A stretch of DNA of 64,000 bases from the human T2T-CHM13v2.0 reference genome, Homo sapiens, in NCBI RefSeq assembly GCF_009914755.1, contig NC_060925.1. One strand, 5' to 3'. Numbering within the stretch: position 1 is the stretch's first letter; every line of letters starts with the position of its first letter. This document shows positions 53,619-64,000 of this stretch, piece by piece. Below the pieces are notes generated by a model. The model was given only the letters and a program-made list of their open reading frames with translations, made no database searches and was not told the DNA's origin. Position numbers and translations under genes: made by a program.

Positions 53619-56600
53619 CTGGAAAAGAAAATCCAGTTCCATCACATGAAGTCCCTAGGAGGATACTCACAAGGACAGAGCAAGGCATGCTGGGAGCAAG
53701 GGAAGAGTCACAGTGGTGTATGCATCTCGGAGTTCCAGCGACTAGCCTTCTGCTTGGAAAAAAGCAGCTGTGGGCAAGAACCTCTGGAGCCCTGGGACCC
53801 AGAAGTTTATTGGTTACAAAAATGCTCCATGAAATTCATCTGATTCTCTCAGTGCTCATCTTCCAGATCAGGGTAAAATGGAACCGGGGGAGACATCGCC
53901 AGGGCAGACGTGGCAAATGCAAGGCTAGTGACTTAAAGAAAGGCAAAGGATTCCTATGTATCCCTTGTGTTTGGGCCCCGACAAGCTCTTGGAATTTGAT
54001 GGAACCTAATAAATGAGGTAGGAAACAAGGTTTTAATTCAGTCTTTACATTCCCACTAGGAGAAATTTCTTAAAAGCCAGCAGACCTAAACCAGTCAAAC
54101 ACGGTAACTTGTCAAACATGTGCTGTGTTAAATGGCAGCAAGCTGCTAGGAAGTTGGTATCAAGCAATGGTAATGTCTAAGATGGAGCATGCAGCCACCC
54201 TGACATCACCTAAATCCTGGGATAATCCAAGTTGCTCACCACACCCCATTGTTTCTAACCAGTATCGTTGCTACTTAATCCAATGATTCAGTTCGGGATT
54301 AAAGACCAGCCAGTTCCTTGGAATATGGGGAGCGACAGGCACGGGGAGACTGCCTCTAACAATGTCCACTGCCTTCTCAGCAGAATTCTTGGTTTGAGGT
54401 TTGAGGAATGATTACACCAGGTAGAGCCAGTATGAAACACAGAAATATCAGGCTCCCCTCGGCACAGACAGTGAAATATCAGTGTCAGGATTCAGTTTCT
54501 ACCACCCAAGCTCTACGGAGGTTTTGTTTGCCAACAGCCATCACATCTGTAATAAGTAAAGCCTAGGTGAGCCCTTGTCACAGAGTATTCTACACCTCAA
54601 AACACACTGGAACACATCCCATGACTAAAGGGACATATATTAAAATGTTTAGTATTAAAATGCATGGGTATATATAAGAATCATAAAAATAAGAAACATA
54701 GATGGTATTCATTATAGAAGCTAAAACTATATGGGCCTCAAGTGAAGGGGCTGCCTAGCATGAGACAGGCTATCCACACCTGCATTCAATAAATAACTCG
54801 CAAAAAACAAATAATATTAAATGGGGACAATTCCCTCTCTACTGAAATATGCTTCCTGTGGCCTCCCTCTGCCCCAGTACCTTCCCAAGCCCCCACTTTC
54901 TCTCCCGCATACGTGTGATGATGCTGCAGCCTAAAGTCCTGGAAGGTGGACCCGTGGATGAGGACAAGAATCCATTTCTCTGCAGCTCTTTACCCTGGCA
55001 GACAAGATAACAGATCAAGTTCTGACAGACGCCTGAGAATGTCCCAGGCTTTGTACTTGCAAGTTCCTGGCAGAGGAACTTTTTTTCTGAATGTCAAGTG
55101 TGCAGAAGAGGCCAGCTTCTGCTGAGCTACATTTCTGTGTCTCTGCTACTACCCCTTACCCCATGACTTACAGGACTTAGGACAAAGCCTGCCGCCAGTG
55201 AGGCTGCCCCAGCATCAGGATGATATCTCTACATGCCCTTCCAGCCGCGGTCTCTCCCCCATGGGTCTCCTCCCAGTATCGGGCTAACCCACAGTGCCTT
55301 TCCTAGTCTGCCTGATGAGTGCCGGGCTCACGGCCCCGGACCACGGCCGTATTTGGCCCTTTGCTGTGGCTGTTGTGCTTTGGTAAGCAGAAATCCTGAG
55401 TGACCCTGCCCAACTTAATTATTTAAGGCCAATTAGTAAAGGTGACGAAACTGCTACAGAGAAAACAGCAACTCATGAATGTAGTAGCTCACACTGGATT
55501 TCCTAATTAAGCTGTGACCAAATCAGCTTTTCCTGAACTGCCTGGGACAATAATGAATGCTAGTCTCCTAAGTGAGAGCAAAACAGCTCCTGTGGGTTCA
55601 GATTGCACACCCGCCATGGAGAGACTGTGCCCAATAAATGGCCACTCTATTTGCTGTGGATGCAGCATACGGATACTGGCCAAGCCTGACTTATCAACTT
55701 AGTATTCTCAAGATCTAACTTTTGATTTCCAGCAGCTAGTTAACTATTAATTCAGGCTCTTGGGAAATACTGGAAAGTGATATGTTAGGAATGGGGGCAG
55801 GGGTTACCTAGGAATCTAACAAGACGCCCCCTCCCACTCTCCAGTGATGATCTGGTACAGGCCAGATTCAACAGGACAGCTCCAATCTGGTCTCTCTGGG
55901 AGCGTGAAGTGCCCACAGACCAGCAACGCTTGATCAATCAGGGCTAATGGAAATAAAGACACCAGGTGTGCCAATGAGGGCACAGGCTATTTTCCACTTG
56001 GCTTGTCTTTATCACGGCCCTAAAAGTTTCTCTCTGCTCCCTGGATGGCCTACAAATGTGGACATGATCCCTCGAATCCTGGGCTAAAGCAGAATCACAA
56101 AAATCACAAACCCGATCTTCCAGAAATGAAGCAGAGGCACATTTCACTCGAGGGACAGAAGCAAAATGCCAAACCCAGAGCCTGCTCCGTAGCTCCCCAG
56201 GAAAGGTAGAGACTGTGTGGGGCCATTGGCAGCCTGAGTGGTACCCATGGGGTCTCCTCTGCGCACAGCAATCCATGGGGGTCCTCAAAGAGATGCTGTG
56301 GTGGCAGTTTCCAGCTGTTTCTCTTGAGACCATCTGTCCCAAATCACAGCCCAAGGTCATAAATCAAAGACCACTTCCTTTCTGACATGCTCTTTCTTGG
56401 GGAGGTGTCCACACGTATAGGAGAGTGGTCTAGAGGAAGAAAGGTTCATGGAATGTGGGACGCATGGGATAGGAATGTAACCAAGAAGAGAGAATGAAGA
56501 CGAGTTTTTAATTATTAGAAAATACCCCATGTGGCCACACTGAAACTTTCCTGGCTTATGCCAACACCAGCAAGATGTGGAAAACCTGATTACTGTTCTT

Positions 56601-56900
56601 AGCCCTGATCATCTCATTGGTTTTATCACCCTGTGCCTGGCTGCCTTCCTAACATTTTCTACAGTAGGTAAGACTGGCTCTACCTTTCTAGTAGCGGAAC
56701 AGAAAACCCAGAAATGACCAGGCAACCTGCCAGCCATCAGCTTAGACTCTTGACATGACAGACTGAGAAGGGAGAAGGGCTGGTGTCAACCACCGCAGTC
56801 ACAAAGCATGCCTTCACCTAGCACGTGCGTACCACTAAGCAGCTTTTCAAAACTGATGATGGGAAATAGTGAGCAGCAGCTTCCGGAAGCAGGTACTGAC

Positions 56901-57125
56901 CTGGTGGCTCCACCTGGAGCCACTGCCCGAGCCTGCGAGGTCACCAACAGCCTCCGCAAGATTTCCACACGTGTGGCTCTCCACTGCTCAGGGGGCAGGA
57001 TGTGAAGGGCCAAGACTGTGAAATAGTAGGGCCCGTCCACTTCAAAGGCACTCTCCACCCACTTCTCCTTGGGCTGTTCCAGAAAGCCTTGGAGGTTCTT
57101 CTCTTCTCGGGAAGTTGCTCGGGTT
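56901..57125 (-). CDS. UBR4: UBR4 coding exon (probably exon 103), TRATSREEKNLQGFLEQPKEKWVESAFEVDGPYYFTVLALHILPPEQWRATRVEILRRLLVTSQARAVAPGGAT(R)
   Basis: ttttcttctag| acceptor, |GTCAGT donor; 225 nt, phase 2-2; peptide visible in ORF 56786..57358. Confidence 0.97.
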
Positions 57126-57757
57126 CTAGAAGAAAAGCGGCATGATAAAATAAAAGCAGGGTGGAAGCAGGACCCGGCAGCAAGAGCAGGAAGAATTTGC
57201 TCAATTTGTCGTTGTCTTGTGACATTTGCTGAACGCTTGGATGACTCAACACTCCCCACCCATCCTTGCCGACTACTCCCACTTCCTCTGATAATCCACG
57301 CCCTTCGTCCCCTTCCAGGCCCTTCTTCGCGGCATCTTCCCTTCTTCCCTGGCCCCATGTCTAGCTCCTACCCCAGCTCTAATACAATTCCAAGCAACTA
57401 CTGGTTCCTGAGCACCATATATCAGGGACGTTCACAATCTCCCCAACATGGAACTGTGCTAGTAACTCCAGAGGCCCAGAAAAGTGAAGTGACTTGCCCA
57501 AAGTCAGCAAGCTAGTGAGTGATGGGGCCAAAAACATGAATCAAGATTCCCTGGTGGGTCCACAGCCTGACTCCCCCTTGCTCCACATAGTCTTGTTATG
57601 TTATGTTTACATGGTTTGCACTAAATGTGCATGTGGTTCCTTTCCTAGGCTCCCTCTTCCGGTTTGTCTTCTTCTGATCTAGGATCCTCCCGCCTTCGTT
57701 AGAACAGCCTCTTCCAGATGAGCGCTGCTTCTTGTCCTCATGCGTCCTAAGTTGCAA

Positions 57758-57990
57758 TGATGATGATGATGATGACCACACCAGACTCAGTGCCAGGCAC
57801 TGCTCTAAGTGCTTTACGGGATTATTTCACTTAGTACTCACAAGAATGCTATGGGATAGTGCCACCACTATCCCAATTTTAAAGAAACAGAAAACTGCAG
57901 TACAGAGGAGGTAAGGATTCTGCCCAAGTCTCACATCGTGGAAAAAACTGTGTTCTGAAGCCAGGTAGCCTGTCCATCTTAACCCTACCT
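57758..57990 (-). mobile_element. MIR with a (CAT)n tail, seen as (GAT)n at 57758-57775
   Basis: gtgccaggcactgctctaagtgctttac...ttaaagaaacagaaaactg. Confidence 0.7.
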
Positions 57991-59059
57991 CCTTCTCCAC
58001 GCTGAAGCTTTGACAAAAGGTCACGGAATCAGCACTGAGAGGTGACTTAAGTCCTTCCTGATGACACGCTTCTGGGTACACTCTCTCCTTAGATCCTGAA
58101 TGGTGCTCTCATGCCATGAATGCTTGATGCCCTATCCTAACTCCATGGGGCACTGGTAGGGAGAGGTGGGGACAAACACAACACTAGAACCGGGAAAAAA
58201 AAGTTACCAGGTCTATAGGTGGCACTGGCACAGATGCTGGACTCTGGGAAAGCAGGAGGAGAGGGTGCAAGGACACCCTGCCTGCTTCTGCTGCCTGCAG
58301 ATGGGCATGGATGGATACATTCAACTTGATCTTCCAGCCCTGTAGGGAATCTGAGGCTGTTGGCTGCTGCAGGATCTGCTCAGGCTCTGGTCTGGCTTAC
58401 GGTGGCCATGCTGTGACATACTTGCCTCCATAAACAAATATTCCACCAAAGGCACTCAGCCCCACTGTGACCAAGCTCCCACCAATGTCAATTGGATAGC
58501 TGTCGACTGGGAAGCAGTCTGGGCCGAGAAGCAAGGCCTCTCTGTGAAGCTTCTGGGTCAGCCTCTGGCTGACCAAAGAAACTGTGAGACAGCCAATTCC
58601 CTTTCCAATGAAGGGACCTGACAATTACAAATGTCTGGCTTGTTCAGAAACATACTGACACCTAGTCACCCAGGGCTCTGTCCAGGGCCCCAGGAACACT
58701 GAGAAGGAGCGAAATTTGGACAGTGGGAAGGTCTGCGCCATCAGTGCTGCCAGGTGCTGCTCCCGCCAGTCTAAGCAGTTCAGCAGATGATGTAATGCAC
58801 TCTGATGTCAACCTGCCCCTGCGTGTTTTAACAATGAAGCCTGTGGTCTCGAGGTCAGCCTTTTAACTCACAAGGAAATGGGAGGGAAGGAAAAGATAAC
58901 ATTGTTGAAGAGAAAGAACTAGAAAAGACAAGAGACAGATTGTCCTGTTGCCTAAACTGTGCTGCAGCTACCCGGGGTGAGCTGTACACAACCTTTCAAC
59001 AGGGAACCGTAAGCCTCTTGCTAGGAGATGGGGCCTACAAGCATGAAACAGTGAATTAA

Positions 59060-59370
<311 letters not shown>

Positions 59371-60055
59371 TAAGTGCTTCTTTAAAATTACACTTCCAGG
59401 TACCAACCTAACTGTCCCATAATGTGCATATGGATAAAACTACCAATCTCTTTTTTTTCCTGGCTGCCTTCCTTGTCGGTTGACTTTCCCAGATAATCTT
59501 GAACATTCCCTTTCCCTTCACACTTGCCAGAAGCATTACCCACTGTAGAGAAAACAGGGATAACAAATCCAGTTTTCCATTTATGAACTGGGTCCTCAGC
59601 TCTGCTGCATCCCCTTGATGGGAAACCATCACCTGTAACAATCTATATGCCCTTGACTAATGATGTGGGCACAGCTCCGACCTGTGGCCTCCCCCCATTC
59701 AAGAGAACAGTCTGGAAAGTAGAAGTAGCCGCTGCATCGAAGTAGAGGCTTCAGTGGCCTGACTTTTCCCACTTCCTGCTCCCCTGTGAGCTGAACGTCA
59801 GTCCAAGGATGTGGTCTTGGGCTGCCCATGGTGGGAGACAGGGCAGTTTGGGGGAAGGAAGTTCCCTTTATTGCTTTTTCTGCATGGCCCTAAAAGAATG
59901 CAGATGAGCATCCCCACCTCGGCAAAAAGGCTGCCTTAGGCCAGACGCTTGCTCCGGAACTAGCATGAGAGGCTATGAAAAAGCTGAGGGGATCTCGGGC
60001 AGAGGGATGCAGGGTGGGTCTGCGAGATGCCGCCCCTGGGACACAGGGTACTGAC

Positions 60056-60250
60056 GTGTTCAGGACGTAAAGCACAGTGTGAATGATGTACGGGATCAGG
60101 TGGATGTTGCTCTCCCGGCCGCCCCCGCCAGTGTCTGCGCTGAACGACTGCTCCATGGCGAAGCGCAGGAAGAGCAGTTTGATGTCGTGGATGTTGAGCT
60201 GATACGTGGGCTCCCGCTGGCCTGTACATTCCTGGAGGTAAGTGTTGTGT
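60056..60250 (-). CDS. UBR4: UBR4 coding exon (probably exon 102), HNTYLQECTGQREPTYQLNIHDIKLLFLRFAMEQSFSADTGGGGRESNIHLIPYIIHTVLYVLN(T)
   Basis: ttccctctag| acceptor, |GTCAGT donor; 195 nt, phase 2-2; peptide visible in ORF 59890..60429. Confidence 0.97.
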
Positions 60251-60791
60251 CTAGAGGGAAGCAGAACAAACAATGAAATGGAAGTGAGTTCCTGGTGAAA
60301 ACCCAGTTTGGGAGACAGAGCCTCCTTCCAGTACTCCCAGGCCTGATGGCTGCAAAGGTTTGCAAACGGAGACAAGAATACAAGGGAAAGTTGAGGCCAA
60401 GGCTGGGGCCAGCAGGACGACAAGGCCATAGGACGTTTTCATTTCTGCAGTGACTGAACGTGACACTTGCCAAGTTTTGATGAGAGCCCACCACTCTTGG
60501 GTGCCCATTTCTTAATGAACTAATGTTGTAGGACATACCGTGGCTGCATGTGGAGTATATTTTGGAGGAAGCAATGTAGAACTCATCCATTCTGACTGAC
60601 AAAGTGACCTGTCCATAAGAATGAGCTCTTCAATCTCCAAATAAAAGGGTTTTTTGTTTTTGCTTTTGTTTTTCCTATGTCAATACACATTCCCATCTAT
60701 CTGGGCTGTGCCTCTTATTAACTGGGTGACCTCGAGCAAGTTGCTCAAACTCTGCATCTCATCTGTACAATGTATACAAGAATACATGCCT

Positions 60792-61085
60792 GGCCGGGCA
60801 CAGTGGCTCACACGTGTAATCCCAGCACTTTGAGAGGCCGAGGCAGGTGGATCACCTGAGGTCAGGAGTTCCAGACCAGCCTGGCCAACATGGCAAAACC
60901 CCGTCTCTACTAAAAATACAAAAATTAGCTGGGCATGGTGGCAGGCACCTGTAATTCCAGCTACTTGGGAGGCTGAGGCGGGAGAATCGCTTTAACCTGG
61001 GAGGCGGAGGCTGCAGTGAGCCAAGATCACGCCACTGCACTCCAGCCTGGGTGACAAGAGCAAAACCCTGTCTCAAAACAAAAGA
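60792..61085 (+). mobile_element. AluS in a UBR4 intron (antisense to the gene)
   Basis: Full-length Alu. Confidence 0.94.
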
Positions 61086-61696
61086 ATAGAGGTTAAGCAT
61101 TTCAACATGCTCTCCATTGTCACTGCCAGCTGCCTGTTTTATGACAGGCATCTTTTTATCCCTGAGCTTTGAAATAGGACTTGGGGTGGGGCACCACTCC
61201 ACAAGGCATCAGCAAGACATGAGGACCTCACAGATGCTTTAGCTATTCTTATCTGGGTTTTTAGGACCAGGAAGGCCTTCTAAGGAGCCCAACATCCCCC
61301 CTGCCACTAAGCCACTTTCGTATTTAAACCTCAGAGCCACACACTGTAGAAGTGAACTCAGAAATTCTGGCCTCAAGGACCAAGTTGGCCCCACATCTTC
61401 TGTCATAAGATCAGCAAAGGAATAGTGAAGACCCAGAAATTTCATCTGGTACCCTGGAAGCTAAGGGTGCTGGTTCCTCCCACCCTGTGGTGGGCCATGT
61501 CAGGTCACCCCTTGAGTAAGCTTCCATCCCCCACCCTGTATGCTCTGGACAGCTCCCCAGTCAGCAAGCAGACAGACATGGATTCCCAAGGAAGGTAACA
61601 GGAAATGGTGTCACCAGGGGATTGGGCTGATAGCGGGTCTTGTCCCATCCCCTGCAAATCCCCTCCATTCCACCATGAAAAATACTCAACACTCAC

Positions 61697-61822
61697 CTTG
61701 CCAAGCAAGTGGCAAAAGCTGATTCAGGGACATGAGGTCCCCAGACCGGAAGGAGCCCGTTGCACTTGGTGTTGGCATTCTGCAGGGCGGCACTCTCCCA
61801 CTCTTCCCGGCCTCGAGCCAAC
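61697..61822 (-). CDS. UBR4: UBR4 coding exon (probably exon 101), [41 protein letters not shown](R)
   Basis: ccctatccag| acceptor, |GTGAGT donor; 126 nt, phase 2-2; peptide visible in ORF 61693..61995. Confidence 0.97.
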
Positions 61823-62230
61823 CTGGATAGGGAGGAGAGCAGGGACAAGCGACTGCTGGCATTAACGTGGCAACCAGGCACCTGGGCGGGGGGGCGGGGG
61901 TGGGGGTGGGGGCATGCCAACACTAAGAAGTCAGTCGGCCCAGGCTCCTGACCCTGCGAAGAGAATTTGCTATTTGTAGCCTCAATGTGGTACACACTGG
62001 CTTTGCTGACTCAGGTAGGCAGGGCTGTTCTCACTAGCCTTGGGCCCAGGCCAAAGCATATTTTCCTATCATTCAAATAACTGCTTGGGGACCTATATGG
62101 TGTCAGGCAGAACACCCTACTCTCCAGAGACTAAGGAGCAGATTTAAAACCACGAGGATGGCAGTCCCACCCGCTCCAGGCCCACAGGCAGGCCTACTGA
62201 AGGAGCCATTCCGCAAGAGCCAGGGCCTAC

Positions 62231-62373
62231 CTGACGGCAGCCAGATGGCAGTCGTAGTGCACAATGTTGAAGTGGGACACGGTGCTGTAGCCCTGCTGTT
62301 TCCGGGGCTTATTCTCCAACTCCTCCAAGGCTACCCGCTTCGTGAAGGTATAAATGCCCAGGACCTTTGTGGG
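62231..62373 (-). CDS. UBR4: UBR4 coding exon (probably exon 100), [47 protein letters not shown](R); HxxC Zn ligands of the hemiRING
   Basis: ctttgcag| acceptor, |GTAGGC donor; 143 nt, phase 0-2. Confidence 0.96.
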
Positions 62374-63367
62374 CTGCAAAGACGACAACATAAGGAGAGG
62401 GGAGGAGAAACTCCAAGTCAGGCTCAGGAGAAGCAGAATAGAGGGGAACTGCCGCCCTTCTTGGGCAATGCCTTGGGGTTCAGGTTGCTCTCACTAGGGA
62501 AGTTCAGAAGAGCAGGTAAGGCCAGCCCCTCAGTCTGTTGGTGAAGCACTTGGCTGGCCGCAGCCCTAGTGAAACAAGGATTATGGGAGCAACCAGCAAG
62601 AAGGGGATGCGGTGCAGATGCAGAGGCATACACATAAGCAAGCCTCGGCCATCTTTCTTTACTTTGTGCTTCATCTGTCTGAAAATGCAGAAGTGACTTC
62701 TTGATATTCCCTTGCTTTTCAAAACCTGCTGGGCAGCTCTGAAGAGCCTGCATTATGCAGGACTAACGAGCCCTGTGGCCCAGGCACCTGCCCTTTCACA
62801 GCCTGTATTCTAAGCAGTAAGTTCCAGCTGGAAAGAAGAGGCCACCTTTGAGCCTTCAGGAGAGCCAGCAGGTCACTGGCTGCTCTGCTCCTTTCAGGTG
62901 GAATCTAGTTTGGATAAGCCTAGAAAGTTCTGATTTTCTCCCCAGTTACCCTGAATGGAGGCAGCATGGTATGTTTTTAAAAGGCCAGGTCTGGAGTCTG
63001 AGAAGCCTAGGCTGGAATTCTGGCTCTGCCATGTGACCTTTGTTTGCTTAACCACAAGTTGAGACTTTTTACAGGTTTAAATAAAATTATCCAGTTTACA
63101 CAAAGCTCTGAGCATGAGGCCTCACATATAGGAAGAATCCAATGAGCAGCATTTGTCATGATGATGATAAAGATAACAAAGTCTAAAGTTCGGATGAGCT
63201 CGCCTTCCTGCCTCTAAAGAGGACAGCTGGTCCTTTTGTTAATCTCCTAAGATGCAGGCCTTGATCTTGCCTAGCTAAGAACAAAATGGCCTGGAGGAGG
63301 GGGATGCTACCTAGAACAAGGGGTCAGGCTGGGCCCTCAGGACCGACCGTAGGCCCAGCAGCTGTAC

Positions 63368-63481
63368 CTGGAACTTGTATCCCTCCCTGCAGATGCAGCA
63401 CGTGAGGCCAGGCTCCTCGATCAGCTCTTCCATCTGCTTCAGGAGTGCTGTCTTGGTCACGACCTGGCCCTTTTCATTTGT
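63368..63481 (-). CDS. UBR4: UBR4 coding exon (probably exon 99), TNEKGQVVTKTALLKQMEELIEEPGLTCCICREGYKFQ; first CxxC Zn ligands of the hemiRING
   Basis: Acceptor cctacag| and donor |GTACAG on the minus strand; 114 nt, phase 0-0; translation recognised as the UBR4 C-terminus and in frame with downstream exons. Confidence 0.96.
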
Positions 63482-64000
63482 CTGTAGGGGAACCCCGGTG
63501 GCATGTCAAGGGGATTTCCACACACCCTCTCCCACCCTAGCTTGGAGATGCTCAGGAACAGGGCTAACCTTCTACCTCCACTAAAAGGACAGGTGCATGA
63601 GAGGAAAGCCCTTGAGCTGTCTTCTAATAAGGATAAAGACCCAGGCCCTTCTGCTATTCTCTCTTCCTACAGGAACCACTGAAGCAAAGGAAGTCATCCA
63701 GCTGGAGCCCTGGCAAGGTGCCACCTGCCATCAGAAAAGCCCCCTTTCTTCATGCCAGCATCTTCGTGCCAGCAATGCCAAGTCTCAGCTTCCAAGGGTT
63801 GTTGCACTATGATTCATTCACTGTTCCCAGGTGAGCTTTTCAACTGCTGACACTCAAGTCTGTGCTTTGGAGAAGGAGCTTGTAGGACTCTGCTTCCTCC
63901 AAGGTGGGACAGTTAGAAGAGCACAGAACCCTTTGTGTCAACCACTTATTAGTTATGTGCCTTGGCCTATTTACTTCACCTCTCAGTTTCAGTTACTTCA

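Noticed and set aside
54912-55030. GTGATGA...CTGA spaced like a C/D-box snoRNA
   Set aside because: On the strand opposite to the UBR4 host intron, weak terminal stem, no recognisable guide

Overview
Primate, almost certainly human, genomic DNA at chr1p36.13. The right ~14 kb holds the 3' end of UBR4 (p600) on the minus strand. Eight GT-AG exons (99-106 by my recalled numbering) splice in frame into the C-terminal hemiRING/UZI E3 module, followed by a TGA stop at 50384-50386 and AATAAA at 50087-50092. The left ~50 kb is intergenic with no credible protein-coding gene. It is rich in Alu, MIR, L1, L2, L3, MLT1 and hAT MITE remnants, and carries several tandem repeats, including a ~4 kb (CAC/CAT)n array. 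The most unusual sequence-visible signals are three short duplications copied from 0.6-1.4 kb away and inserted into old transposons. One is a multi-jump, fold-back insertion inside an L1PA 3' end, and another replaces the centre of a MER53 palindrome. I found no new protein-coding system. Repeat subfamily names and boundaries are by-eye estimates.
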